A DNA stretch of 64,000 nt, from positions 1 through 64,000 of the forward strand of contig CALWLW010000007.1 in NCBI GenBank assembly GCA_944381625.1. Direction: 5' to 3'. Source of the DNA: an uncultured Lachnoclostridium sp. GTDB lineage: Bacteria > Bacillota > Clostridia > Lachnospirales > Lachnospiraceae. The position numbers were made by a program, and so were the translations under genes. This document shows positions 9,357-19,991 of the stretch, piece by piece; positions within the stretch are counted from its first letter, which is position 1, and each line of letters opens with the position of its first letter. The notes beneath the pieces were generated by a model. It did no database searches, was not told the DNA's origin, and worked only from the letters and a program-made list of their open reading frames with translations.

Positions 9357-11204
9357 TTATTCATTATAAAGCATCCACCGTACGCCGTATGGCGGCATGG
9401 GGACGTTTCTGCCTTCCAGGGTCTCCCCCGATAAAAGATCCGTGCAGCTGCCCGGTTCGTCGATCCAGGCGGTCTTCCTCTCTCCCGAAAAGTTAAACAC
9501 GGCTGTCAGCTTCTGTCCATCCAGTTCTCTGACCAGGCATAACAGCGCCGGGTCATGGGTATCGGACGTCCGCACGGCTGCGGCGTTTAAAAACACCCGA
9601 TATGTTTTACGCAGTTCTTCCAGGAAAGAGATCCCATGAAACAGCCGGTACTGCGCCGTACCCTTCCTTCCGCGGTTTGCCGCCGTGCGCCAGCGGAACT
9701 GACCGCGGTGTACATAACGGGAATCGGCCGCCTTTGCCGGATTTTCTTTGTAGCTGTAATCATTTAGCTGACCGATCTCATCTCCGCTGTACAGCATGGG
9801 GATACCGGACAGCGTCATCATACAGGCATGGAGCATCAGATCGCAGTCCACCGCCCGGTCCGCCGCAGCTTTGTCCTGCTGGTCCAGCGCTCCCTCCAAT
9901 CCGCACAGGGAGGCGGTAGTACCGCACAGACGCGCGTCTCCGGAAGCGGGATCGTCGTTGTACAATTCTCCCCGTGCCATAGACCCCGGCCAGTTCCCTG
10001 TAAAATACGCGTTCAGGAATTTTTTATGGGGAACCTCCTCAATATTTTCCTGTTTCAGCCACGCGTACTCCAGTCCCCAGCCGATGTCGTCATGGCAGCG
10101 CAGATAGTTGAGGAACACATACTCTCTGGGCAGGCTGTTGATCACATCCATCTGATGGCGGAGCAGGGAGACGTTCCCTGTGGCCACCGTGTGCCAGATG
10201 GAGGCCATCGTGGTCACATTGTAGAGCATATGGCATTCCGGCTTCTCCACCGTCCCGAAATAGGGCACGACCTTGGCCGGTTCCATCACCACTTCGCCCA
10301 GCAGCAGGATGCCCGGGCATACAACTTCGCAGATCATACGGAGCATGCGCACAATGCTGTGCACCTGGGGCAGGTTACGGCAGCTGGTACCCAGTTCTTT
10401 CCAGATATAAGGCACCGCGTCGATCCTCAGGATATCCACCCCGTGATTGGCCAGATTGAGCAGATTGTCCGCCATCAGGTTGAACACCCGCGGATTGCGG
10501 TAATTCAGGTCCCACTGATATGGATAAAATGTGGTCATCACATACTGCTGCGCGTCTTCCAGCCAGGTAAAATTGCCGGGAGCTGTGGTGGGGAACACCT
10601 GCGGGCAGGTCTTCTCATACTGGGAAGGGATATCCCAGTTATCGAAGAAAAAGTACCTGTCCCTGTATTCCTGCTCCCCTGCCCTGGCCCGCACCGCCCA
10701 CTCATGTTCCTGGGAGGTATGGTTCATGACAAAATCCAGGCACACGCTGATATCTCTGCGGTGGCATTCGTCCGCCAGGTCTTTCAGATCCTCCATGGTT
10801 CCCAGACTTTTCTTAACTCTGGTAAAATCCGACACCGCATATCCGCCGTCGTTATCCACCTCCGGGGAATCCAGAAGCGGCATCAGATGCAGGCAGCGGA
10901 CGCCGCATTCTTCAATATAATCCAGCTTCTTTTTGACTCCCTTCAGGTTCCCGGCAAAGGCGTCCGTGTACATCATCATGCCCACCATGTCGTTTCCTTT
11001 GTACCACTCCGGGTTCTCTTCTCTTTTTTTATCCAGCCTTTTCAGCTTCGCGTCCCGTTCCCGGCCGCGCTGCTCCATAATCCGGCATAATTCCTCAAAA
11101 TATTCCGCTCCGCCCTCATACAGCTCGCAGTACAGCCACTTCAGCTCGTCGCGATGCCGGTTCAGCCTCCGGTTAAATACTGTTTCTCTCGCCATTTTAT
11201 TCAC
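9357..11204 (-). CDS. GH13 alpha-amylase-family glucanotransferase (amylosucrase / sucrose-phosphorylase-like)
   Basis: 615 aa with GH13 catalytic-region motifs (GVDILRIDAVPYIW, LLGEVV, CHDD). The length fits amylosucrase-like enzymes. Confidence 0.6.
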   Translation of the reverse strand: MNKMARETVFNRRLNRHRDELKWLYCELYEGGAEYFEELCRIMEQRGRERDAKLKRLDKKREENPEWYKGNDMVGMMMYTDAFAGNLKGVKKKLDYIEECGVRCLHLMPLLDSPEVDNDGGYAVSDFTRVKKSLGTMEDLKDLADECHRRDISVCLDFVMNHTSQEHEWAVRARAGEQEYRDRYFFFDNWDIPSQYEKTCPQVFPTTAPGNFTWLEDAQQYVMTTFYPYQWDLNYRNPRVFNLMADNLLNLANHGVDILRIDAVPYIWKELGTSCRNLPQVHSIVRMLRMICEVVCPGILLLGEVVMEPAKVVPYFGTVEKPECHMLYNVTTMASIWHTVATGNVSLLRHQMDVINSLPREYVFLNYLRCHDDIGWGLEYAWLKQENIEEVPHKKFLNAYFTGNWPGSMARGELYNDDPASGDARLCGTTASLCGLEGALDQQDKAAADRAVDCDLMLHACMMTLSGIPMLYSGDEIGQLNDYSYKENPAKAADSRYVHRGQFRWRTAANRGRKGTAQYRLFHGISFLEELRKTYRVFLNAAAVRTSDTHDPALLCLVRELDGQKLTAVFNFSGERKTAWIDEPGSCTDLLSGETLEGRNVPMPPYGVRWMLYNE

Positions 11205-11665
11205 CTGTCCGTAATGGGATAATATTTTTTCATCTCACTGATAAAGCCTTCCTCTGCTTCTATGCAGATCAGCCCGCCTCTGGTTCGGATGGTATACACC
11301 GGTTTATCCGGAAGCCCGGATGTAAAATCCCTGACCGGCGTCCCCCCGGGAGCCGCCCTCCCGGGGATCAGTTCCTCAAAATCCGTGCGGTCCATATGGC
11401 AGACGTCTTTCCGCCTGGATTTATGCAGGATCTTGGATATGGTAAAATCACCGTTTACATATACATATTCATATTCGTAGTTCCATCTTCGCGACAGGAT
11501 AAAACCTGCCAGCGCCAGCGCTGCCGCCGGAAACAGCATGGCCGCCATGAACAATACCGCGTCTATGAAAAACACGGCCGCCGCCGACACCGTCAGCGCC
11601 TTGACAAGTCTTTCCTTCTTGCTGAGTACGTGGGGTACATACCACTCAAATACCACATCCCGCAT
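11201..11665 (-). CDS. Hypothetical membrane protein (two TM helices then a small soluble domain)
   Basis: 154 aa. Hydrophobic segment AAAVFFIDAVLFMAAMLFPAAALALAGFIL. Overlaps the GH13 gene start by 4 bp. Confidence 0.45.
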   Translation of the reverse strand: MRDVVFEWYVPHVLSKKERLVKALTVSAAAVFFIDAVLFMAAMLFPAAALALAGFILSRRWNYEYEYVYVNGDFTISKILHKSRRKDVCHMDRTDFEELIPGRAAPGGTPVRDFTSGLPDKPVYTIRTRGGLICIEAEEGFISEMKKYYPITDR

Positions 11666-11680
11666 CCTTTTTTCCGCCTC

Positions 11681-13876
11681 TCATATCATCTTCAGCCCCA
11701 GCTGGATTCCTTCATACTCGCCCAGTTCAAACGGCACCGGAATTCCCGCGTTCATCAGGATCTTTCCGGAATACTTTCCCCTCCAGCCCTCGATCCGATA
11801 GAACGCGTCCTCTTTCAGCCCTCTCAGCTTCAGGAACCTCTGTGCGTCATTTCCCTCTTTGTCAGTGACCACGATACTTACCAGTGACTTTTTCTGATCC
11901 TGGGACACATGCTGCCAGGCTGTAAAATACTGGTTCTCGTAGGGGCTTGACAAACGGTAGTAGTCTCCGTCCATGATGGTCTTATAATATTTCTTATAGA
12001 AGCGGATCTGCTCCCTGCACATTTCTTTCTCTTCCGGCGTCAGTTTCGTGGGATCCAGCTCGTAGCCAAACATCCCGTCCATAGCTGTGATCCCCCTGGT
12101 GGAGAACGGTACGGACCGCCCGGTGATATGATTGGGGCAGACAGATACATGGGCTTCCATGGAACTGATGGGATAGGCGAAGGACGTGCCGTACTGGATC
12201 TTCAGCCGGTTGACCGCATCCGTATTGTCGCTGCACCAGATCTGCGGCTGATAATACAGCATGGCCGGGTCGAACCGCCCGCCTCCGCCGCTGCACCCGC
12301 AGAAGATAATCTCCGGATGTTTCAGGATAACCTGATCCATCACGTAATACAGTCCCAGCATGTACCGGTGAAGTACCTCGCCCTGTCGTTTTTCATCCAG
12401 CAGAGCGGACCAGGCTTCTGCAATACTGCGGTTCATATCCCATTTTACATATTCAATCTCCGCTTTTTCCAGCAGGCCATTCATAGTGCTGATCAGGTAA
12501 TCGCATACATCCCGCCTGGACAGGTCCAGCACCAGCTGATAACGTCCGCGGACTGCGGGGCGGCCCGGCTCGCGCAGGCACCAGTCCGGGTGGCGGCGGT
12601 AAAGTTCACTGTCTTCCGACACCATCTCCGGCTCGATCCAAAGACCGAACTGCATGCCCATTTCATGGATCTTCCGGGACATCCTGCCGATACCGATCTT
12701 GATCTTGTCCCTGTTCACCGTCCAGTCTCCCAGCCCGGCGCTGTCGTTATCCCGCTTGCCGAACCAGCCGTCGTCCAGTACAAACAGTTCCACGCCCATA
12801 TCGGCCGCTTCGCTGGCAATGTGCAGGATCTTCTCATCATCGAAATCAAAATACGCGGCTTCCCAGCTGTTGAGCAGTATGGGGCGCGATTTCTTCCTGT
12901 ACGGGGATCTGCACAGATTTTCCCGGAAGATCCGGTGATATATATGGCTCAGACCCGTCAGGCCCGTTCCCGACCAGGCAAGCACCGCCTGGGGCGCCTG
13001 AAACTCTTCTCCCGGCTCCAACAGGAACGAAAAGTTCTGAGGATTGATCCCCGCATGGACCCGGAGCTGCTTGTACTGGTCTTTTTCCGCCTCGATGATA
13101 AAATTGCCGCTGTAGACCAGTGAAAATCCCCAGCACTCTCCCTGATCTTCCCCGCATTCTTTCTCGCAGATAATGGCGAACGGATTGTACTGATGGGAGG
13201 ACGCCCCCCTTCCGCTTCCTATGGAGTGAACGCCGTCCCACACCGGGATACGGCGAAGCTCCCGTTCCATGGCATGTCTTCCTGTAAAATAGATCAGATC
13301 ATAATCGGAAGTACGAAAATCCACGGTGGCCGACATCAGCCGTTCCAGGCGCAGCTCTTTCTGTCCACGGTTGACCAGTTTTACCGAGCGGGCAATCACA
13401 TCTTTCTCTTCGAACACCACATAAGCCAGCTTAACTTCCGCCTGACTCACAGGATCCTCCAGCGTGATCTCCAGCGTATCGACCTTCTCCCCGGATGCAG
13501 CCCACAGGGCCGGCATGCCGTCGATCCGTTCCGCGCCCGGCCGGACCTCATATCCGGCCACCCGGCCGGAGAACGCCGCGCCCCCTTCGCCCCAGATCAG
13601 CTCCACGCTGGGATTACGGTAATCGCCGTTCCTGCTTGTGGAGAATTCCTGGGGCAGGAAGTCCAGGGAAAAGGTTCTGTCATTCCCCGCCTCGTTGGGA
13701 TTGGGGGAGAAGCCCCGGTCCTGAAACGTAAGGAGATAATCCAGATCCGTATCAGGAATCCGGGCTCCATAGTACATATGCAGCAGATTGCCGTACCTGC
13801 TGACCGCCATCACATAGGAACTGTGTTTTGTCTCCAGTATGAAGGTTTTTGTTTCCGCAACATATCTTACTGCCAT
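11681..13876 (-). CDS. Alpha-galactosidase, GH36 family
   Basis: 731 aa. GH36 hallmark regions (LDDGWFG, KWDMN, CGCSGGGGRFD). Confidence 0.85.
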   Translation of the reverse strand: MAVRYVAETKTFILETKHSSYVMAVSRYGNLLHMYYGARIPDTDLDYLLTFQDRGFSPNPNEAGNDRTFSLDFLPQEFSTSRNGDYRNPSVELIWGEGGAAFSGRVAGYEVRPGAERIDGMPALWAASGEKVDTLEITLEDPVSQAEVKLAYVVFEEKDVIARSVKLVNRGQKELRLERLMSATVDFRTSDYDLIYFTGRHAMERELRRIPVWDGVHSIGSGRGASSHQYNPFAIICEKECGEDQGECWGFSLVYSGNFIIEAEKDQYKQLRVHAGINPQNFSFLLEPGEEFQAPQAVLAWSGTGLTGLSHIYHRIFRENLCRSPYRKKSRPILLNSWEAAYFDFDDEKILHIASEAADMGVELFVLDDGWFGKRDNDSAGLGDWTVNRDKIKIGIGRMSRKIHEMGMQFGLWIEPEMVSEDSELYRRHPDWCLREPGRPAVRGRYQLVLDLSRRDVCDYLISTMNGLLEKAEIEYVKWDMNRSIAEAWSALLDEKRQGEVLHRYMLGLYYVMDQVILKHPEIIFCGCSGGGGRFDPAMLYYQPQIWCSDNTDAVNRLKIQYGTSFAYPISSMEAHVSVCPNHITGRSVPFSTRGITAMDGMFGYELDPTKLTPEEKEMCREQIRFYKKYYKTIMDGDYYRLSSPYENQYFTAWQHVSQDQKKSLVSIVVTDKEGNDAQRFLKLRGLKEDAFYRIEGWRGKYSGKILMNAGIPVPFELGEYEGIQLGLKMI

Positions 13877-13907
13877 AGATTCTTTTCCCGCCTGTCTTAT
13901 TTAAGTA

Positions 13908-14744
13908 TTATTTTCCTCCCGTCATGGCGACGCCTTCAATAAACTGCTTCTGGAAGAACAGGTACAGAACCACCATGGGGATCATCGCCAGCAGGGAGCC
14001 GGCCATCATCACCGGGAAGTTGGTGCTGAACTGTCCTCTTAAGGTAGCCAGCCCGGATGAGAGTGTCATCATATTCAAATCTGTGTTTACAATCAAAGGC
14101 CACATCAGGTCGCCGTATGCGAACACGGCGGTAAACACGGCCAGAGCGGCCATACTGGCTTTGGTCAGCGGCGCCATCACCTTCACAAAGGTCTGCCACT
14201 GGTTGCAGCCGTCCAGATAAGCCGCCTCCGCGATCTCATCCGGGATCCCCATATACGCCTGCCTCAGGAAAAAGGTTCCAAAGGCGCTGACGATGCCGGG
14301 GAATACCAGAGCAAAGATCGTGTTGGTCAGTCCCAGCTTGGCCAGCATCTGATACTGGGGCGTGATAAAGATCTGGGACGGAAGCATCATCTGCACCAGC
14401 ACCAGGGAGAACAAAAGGTTCTTTCCTTTGAATTTCAGCTTTGCAAACGCGTATCCTGCCATAGAGGAAAATACCACCGCGCAGACCACCCGCCAGAATA
14501 CCATCAGCGCCGTATTTTTATAAAGCGACAGAAACGGCAGCGAAGCCATAGCGTCTTTAAAATTGTCGAACTGCCAGCTGGCCGGGAGGATGCTGGGCGG
14601 AATCGCCATACTCTCCTCTACCGTCTTGAAGCTGGTGAGGAACATCCACACAAACGGGAATATCATAATAATGCTGCCGGCGATAAAAAACGCATAGATG
14701 CCGGCCGTACGTATCCGCCTGGATCTCTCTAATGATGAATTCAT
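13908..14744 (-). CDS. Carbohydrate ABC transporter permease (MsmG/MalG-like)
   Basis: 278 aa, six predicted TM segments, EAA-like loop (AAYLDGCNQWQTFVKV). Confidence 0.85.
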   Translation of the reverse strand: MNSSLERSRRIRTAGIYAFFIAGSIIMIFPFVWMFLTSFKTVEESMAIPPSILPASWQFDNFKDAMASLPFLSLYKNTALMVFWRVVCAVVFSSMAGYAFAKLKFKGKNLLFSLVLVQMMLPSQIFITPQYQMLAKLGLTNTIFALVFPGIVSAFGTFFLRQAYMGIPDEIAEAAYLDGCNQWQTFVKVMAPLTKASMAALAVFTAVFAYGDLMWPLIVNTDLNMMTLSSGLATLRGQFSTNFPVMMAGSLLAMIPMVVLYLFFQKQFIEGVAMTGGK

Positions 14745-14756
14745 ATGCTCCTCCTT

Positions 14757-15653
14757 CTATACCTCGTAATTAACCCATTTCTTCTGTCCCCAGAACTGAA
14801 CCGCCGTCACCAGGCCAATCAGGGCCACTGTCCAGATTACCACCGAGGAACCCAGGCCGCGGTTGCCGGTCACGAAGGATTCCCGGTAGAACAGGTACAT
14901 GAGCGACTGGGCTTTGCTCAGCGCGGGGTTGGCTTCTTCCACCAGCATATAGATCAGGTCATACACCTTCAGCGATGACATCAGTCTCATGATCATGACC
15001 ACGAAGAGCGTGGGGGAGACCATGGGCAGCGTGATGTAGAAAAACTGCTGGAGCTTTGTCGCCCCGTCCAAGCTGGCCGCTTCATAATAGGATTTGGAAA
15101 TATTCTGCAGGCCGGACAGCAGAAGCACCGCGTCGTAGCCGATGGCGGACCAGATCGCCACAATCGCACAGGTTACCATTACGATATTGGGATCCGTGAT
15201 CCAGTTCACCTTATTCATCAGGATCGTATTGATAATTCCATATTCGGTGTTGAACATCCATTTCCACACCATGGCCACGGCCGCAGGCGCCACCACCATA
15301 GGGAGGAAAAAGATGGCGCGGAAAGCGGTTTGGCCTTTGATCTTCGCGTTCAGCATCACTGCCACGATCAGGGACAGGAACAGCCCCAGCGGCACAGTCA
15401 GAACGCAGAAATACAGCGTATTCAGGTTCGCCCTCCAAAATTCCGGACTGGTGAACATCTCTATGTAGTTTTCCAGCCCTCTGAGCTCATACAGACCGAA
15501 CGGCAGAGTTTTGGAAAAACTCAGTTTAATGGTATCCAGGAACGGATAAATATTCAGTACCAGCAGTCCGATCACGGTGGGCGCCACCATCAGGTAAGCC
15601 CAGCGGCTTTCAGATCTTGCATGCTTGCTGGCTTTTACAGCCACGTTTGACAT
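14757..15653 (-). CDS. Carbohydrate ABC transporter permease (MsmF/MalF-like)
   Basis: 298 aa polytopic protein with an EAA loop (EAASLDGATKLQQFFYITLP). Confidence 0.85.
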   Translation of the reverse strand: MSNVAVKASKHARSESRWAYLMVAPTVIGLLVLNIYPFLDTIKLSFSKTLPFGLYELRGLENYIEMFTSPEFWRANLNTLYFCVLTVPLGLFLSLIVAVMLNAKIKGQTAFRAIFFLPMVVAPAAVAMVWKWMFNTEYGIINTILMNKVNWITDPNIVMVTCAIVAIWSAIGYDAVLLLSGLQNISKSYYEAASLDGATKLQQFFYITLPMVSPTLFVVMIMRLMSSLKVYDLIYMLVEEANPALSKAQSLMYLFYRESFVTGNRGLGSSVVIWTVALIGLVTAVQFWGQKKWVNYEV

Positions 15654-15666
15654 GATACCCCTCCTT

Positions 15667-16959
15667 TTAATCTTCTTCTGCGGCGGCCTTCAAAGCGTTC
15701 TGCATGCCCGCCATGCCGTCTTCGAAGCTCATCTCGCCAGAATAAATTTTCAACAGTATCTCGCTTACATCCGGTTTCCACACGGAACGGTATTTGTTGT
15801 TGACAGACTGTACGCTGTAGTCGAACATATCCACGAAACACTCCACGTTCAACCGGTAATCAAACTGGTCGAACACGTCGATCCAGGTCTGTTCCAGCCC
15901 CTCATAAGCCGGGATTGCCGCGCCGGATTCTCCCTGAATCCTCTGTCCTTCCTCCGATCCGAAGAAGCGCAGGACGTCCTTGACGATATCCAGATTCTTA
16001 TTGGCCGGCGACGTCGCGTAGCACAGACCATTGGAGATGGTCGCTCTTCCTTCGCCGGAAGCGGGATCCGGGCACATGGGCAGGACTGCCACGTCCCATT
16101 TTCCTTCCATATTCGGATAGTTGTTCATCTCGGCCAGGATGTTCCAGTTCCCTTCCAGGAACATGGCGCCCTGCTCGGAGAAGAATGCCGTACCCGGGGA
16201 AGTCTCCGCAAAATAATTCTGGTCGGGACACCAGTCTTCTTTCTGAAGATCGATATAGAACCTCATGGCGTCCTGGGTCGCCTGCTCGTCGAAGCCGCCG
16301 GTTACTCCGTCCTCTTTCAGGATGCAGCCCCCATTCTGGTATACAAAATTCCAGTATCCCAGCTGGTCGTCGCCGTATGCCATATAGCCGTATTTGCCGG
16401 TGGCGTCATAGATTTTCTGAGACGCCTCGCACAGGTCGTCCCATGTCCAGGTCTCGTCGGGATAAGCGACTCCCGCGGCGTCGAACATTTCCTTGTTGTA
16501 CACAAGTCCTACCGTGTCCTTGTCCTTGGGCACCCCATAGTAGCGCCCGTCGCTTCCCTGGACATTCATCAGCGATACTTCCGAGAAATGCTCCTCATAA
16601 TATCCCGGATCCGTCTCATCGTACAGATCCGTCAGATCGGCAATCTTGCCGTAATCTGCATATTTAAGGATCTCGTTGGTATGCATCCAGAAAATATCCG
16701 GCATCTGATTGGAGATCGCCGCAGCCTCCAGCTTGGTCCAATATTCGCTCCAGCTGGTTACCTGGACCTCTATCTCCACATCCGGATGTTCCGCCGTATA
16801 GGCGTCGCACATCATCTGCATGCCGTCTCTCTGGGCCACGTCCCAGATCTGGAATGTGAGATGGGTTTTCCCGTCCGCCGAACCGGTTCCACAGCCCCCC
16901 AGCGCAAGGGCAGCGGCGCACACCGCCGGCAGCACAGCCACTTTTTTCAGTTTCTTCAC
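15667..16959 (-). CDS. Sugar ABC transporter substrate-binding lipoprotein (family 1 SBP)
   Basis: The start was trimmed to a GTG (VKKLKKVAVLPAVCAAALALGGCG) with an AAGGAGGG RBS. The lipobox is LGGC. The ORF-track extension upstream lacks an RBS. Confidence 0.8.
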   Translation of the reverse strand: MKKLKKVAVLPAVCAAALALGGCGTGSADGKTHLTFQIWDVAQRDGMQMMCDAYTAEHPDVEIEVQVTSWSEYWTKLEAAAISNQMPDIFWMHTNEILKYADYGKIADLTDLYDETDPGYYEEHFSEVSLMNVQGSDGRYYGVPKDKDTVGLVYNKEMFDAAGVAYPDETWTWDDLCEASQKIYDATGKYGYMAYGDDQLGYWNFVYQNGGCILKEDGVTGGFDEQATQDAMRFYIDLQKEDWCPDQNYFAETSPGTAFFSEQGAMFLEGNWNILAEMNNYPNMEGKWDVAVLPMCPDPASGEGRATISNGLCYATSPANKNLDIVKDVLRFFGSEEGQRIQGESGAAIPAYEGLEQTWIDVFDQFDYRLNVECFVDMFDYSVQSVNNKYRSVWKPDVSEILLKIYSGEMSFEDGMAGMQNALKAAAEED

Positions 16960-17136
16960 GCCTTTCCCTCCTTTTTGTGAACTTGATACAGAAACTAAAA
17001 TCAAATGTGTATACGAATTATACCAATTCACCAATACAAGGTGATATGAACAAGAGAAATATTTATATACCAAAATGCAATATCTGTACAAATTTTGTAT
17101 GATATGCTATCATTTTGGTATATCAGGAGGATCTTA

Positions 17137-18047
17137 TGGAAAAGAACTTTAAATTCGGAGTATTTCAGAATGACAAAAACATCGACCTGACCATCTTCCA
17201 GTACGGCTGGGAAAAATGCGTGCCTCTGCATTCATACGGCCCGGCCCGGAGAAACCACTACCTGTTCCACTTTATCTTCTCAGGAAAGGGCTATTTAAGC
17301 TCCAATGATTCCTCCGGCAATACACATCTGCACCGCCTGGAAGCCTGTCAGGGTTTCCTGATCTGTCCCAATCAGGTGAATACCTATTATGCAGACGAGA
17401 ATCTGCCATGGGAATACGCCTGGGTGGAGTTTGACGGAGTAAAAGCAATGGAATTCATGGAAATGGCGGGACTGGATTACGACAATCCTGTATACCGGAC
17501 GAAAAAGCGGGAGTTCGCGTCCCTGATCCGGGATGAACTGATGTATATTGTGGATAATCCGGGGCAGTCCCCCATCTATCAGATCGGCCATCTGTACCTG
17601 CTGTTTGACCGTCTGATCCAGTGTTCTTCTTCCGCCAAGGTAAATCCTGCCGGCAAGATGAAAGATTTCTATGTGAAAGAAGCCATCTCTTTTGTGGAAC
17701 AGAACTACAGCCGCTCCATCACCGTGGAGGATATCGCCGCTTTCTGCAATTTAAACCGCAATTATCTGGGCAAACTGTTCCGGGAGGGCACCAACCAGAC
17801 ACTGCAGCATTTTCTGATGCACTACCGAATGAACCGGGCCGCCGAACTTTTAAAGTTCTCAGACATGAGCGTAAACGAAGTGGGAAAGATGTGCGGGTAT
17901 CCCAATCAGCTGCATTTTTCCAGGGCCTTCAAAACAATCTACGGCATCTCTCCCAATCACTGGAGAGAGGAAAACGGAACCCTGCCCAAATCCGGCAGAC
18001 GCAGCAAAAAAAGTTTTTCGCAGGATGGTCATGAGGGTACACCCTGA
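17137..18047 (+). CDS. AraC family transcriptional regulator (cupin sensor plus AraC HTH; MsmR-like) divergent from the msm/aga operon
   Basis: The start was set to ATG MEKNFKF with an AGGAGG RBS. The C-terminus has the AraC HTH (NLNRNYLGKLFRE...HFSRAFK). Confidence 0.8.
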
Positions 18048-18068
18048 CCGATGCAGAAAGGAGTTTTC

Positions 18069-19991
18069 ATGGTCCCAGAATATTCTCAGGCTCGAAAACT
18101 GGCGCAGAAAGCATACCGCCAGGATATGTACGCCAAACGCAACCCATACCTTCAGGTTCTGGATGAACTCCTCCCCCTGGTCAGGACTGCCGGGGAGATG
18201 GATCTGGGACTGGTGGAAATCCCCCTGTCACGCATCGCGGGCACAAAGACTTCCGGCCGCACCCGGGCTTTTGCCGGCAATTTCATGCCTCTGCTTCCGG
18301 AGGAATCTGAGTTCGCCGACAAATGGTGTTCTCTCTATCTGTCCCACCTGGAAGAAGGCATCCGGGAACCGGTCATCGCCTGCGAATTTATGAATTATTA
18401 TTACATTATAGAAGGAAATAAGAGGGTCAGCGTGTTAAAGTTTGCTGGCGCAGTCAGTGTGCCTGCTTACGTGACGCGCATCATACCCGCGCCGGGCGAC
18501 ACGCCGGAGCTTAAGATCTATTATGAATATATGGATTTTTACCGGGCGTCCGGCGTCAATACCATATATTTTACCAGAGAGGGGAGTTTTTCCCGGCTTT
18601 GCGGGTTTATGGGCAAAGATATCCACACCCCCTGGACCCGGGACGACCGGATGCTCTTTACTTCTGCCTTTTTTCGTTTCTCCCAAATCTACAGAGAAAA
18701 AGGCGGCGAAAAGCTGGCCCTCCAGCCGGGGGACGGATTCCTTCTGTACCTGAGCGTCTACGGGTGGGAAGGAATGCTGGATAAATCCATGGATCAGCTC
18801 CGCCGGGAGATCGTCCTGCTGTGGCCGGACCTGGAATCCATGGCGTCAGGAGGAGCCGTGCGCCTGATCACACAGCCGGCAAAGCCAAAGGAAAAATCCT
18901 TCATTAAAAAACTGATCCCCGCGTCCCGGCCCCGGCTGACCGTCGGCTTCATCCATTACGGCACAATCCATACCTCCGGCTGGACCTATGCCCACGACCT
19001 GGGCCGGCTCTATCTGGAGGATGTGATGGGAGACCAGATCACCACCCGCGTGTACGACGATATACAGGGAGATAAGGACGGGGGAGCCGCCATCGAGCAG
19101 GCCGTCGCAGACGGCTGTCAGGTGGTATTTACCACATCGGTGCGTTTTCTGGACGCCAGTATCCGCGCTTCCATCCGGCACCCGGAAATCCGGATCCTGA
19201 ATTGTTCCCTGAATACCTACACCGGGCATCTGCGCACTTATTACGGGCGGCTCTACGAAGCCAAGTTCCTGGTGGGCATGCTGGCGGGCATCCTCTCGGA
19301 CTGCGGAAGGATCGGCTACATCGCGGAGACGCCTCTGGGAGGGACAGCCGCCGCCGTCAACGCTTTTGCCCTGGGCGTGCAGACCGTATTCCCCGGGGCA
19401 AAAGTGGTGCTGGAGTGGTCTTCCGCGAGAGACGGGGATGCGGAGCAAAAACTGAAGGACGCGGGCGTCGGCCTGATCTCCGGTCCGGAGATGCTGGCTC
19501 CGTCCCATTCCCCCCGCCCTTACGGACTGTACCGTCCTGAGGGCAGCGGAGGCGTCAGTCTGGCCTCGTCCATATGGCACTGGGGAAAATTTTATCACCA
19601 GATCATGCAGACAATCCTCAACGGCAACTGGGGACGGGACGGACAGGGGATGGACGGGGATTCCATCAACTACTGGTGGGGAATCTCTTCCGGCATTATC
19701 GACGTGATTTTTTCCAAAAATGTCCCCCGCCGCTCCATACAGTTGGTGGAGCTGATGAAGCGGCAGATTGTCAACGGAAATTTCCAGATTTTCTCCGGCG
19801 GCGTCCGCAGCCAGGACGGAACGCTGCAGGTTCCCGACGGGACGCCCCTTACGCCGCCTCAGATCGTCCGCATGGACTGGCTGGCGGAGAATGTGGAGGG
19901 CAGGATTCCCTCCCCGGACGAGCTGAACGAGGAGGCCTCGCGCATGATGAAAAACCAGGGAATCTTCCCGGGAAAGGACGGAATTTTATGA
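18069..19991 (+). CDS. Hypothetical protein with an N-terminal ParB/Srx-like fold region and a C-terminal BMP-family (PnrA-like) binding domain, with no signal peptide
   Basis: The C-terminal 330 aa resemble BMP-family lipoprotein binding domains (TVGFIHYGTIHTSGWTYAHDLG...GYIAETPLGGTAAAVNAFALG). The N-terminal region has a VEIPLSRIAGT motif. The start was chosen at ATG 18069 with an AAAGGAG RBS. Confidence 0.5.
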   Translation: MVPEYSQARKLAQKAYRQDMYAKRNPYLQVLDELLPLVRTAGEMDLGLVEIPLSRIAGTKTSGRTRAFAGNFMPLLPEESEFADKWCSLYLSHLEEGIREPVIACEFMNYYYIIEGNKRVSVLKFAGAVSVPAYVTRIIPAPGDTPELKIYYEYMDFYRASGVNTIYFTREGSFSRLCGFMGKDIHTPWTRDDRMLFTSAFFRFSQIYREKGGEKLALQPGDGFLLYLSVYGWEGMLDKSMDQLRREIVLLWPDLESMASGGAVRLITQPAKPKEKSFIKKLIPASRPRLTVGFIHYGTIHTSGWTYAHDLGRLYLEDVMGDQITTRVYDDIQGDKDGGAAIEQAVADGCQVVFTTSVRFLDASIRASIRHPEIRILNCSLNTYTGHLRTYYGRLYEAKFLVGMLAGILSDCGRIGYIAETPLGGTAAAVNAFALGVQTVFPGAKVVLEWSSARDGDAEQKLKDAGVGLISGPEMLAPSHSPRPYGLYRPEGSGGVSLASSIWHWGKFYHQIMQTILNGNWGRDGQGMDGDSINYWWGISSGIIDVIFSKNVPRRSIQLVELMKRQIVNGNFQIFSGGVRSQDGTLQVPDGTPLTPPQIVRMDWLAENVEGRIPSPDELNEEASRMMKNQGIFPGKDGIL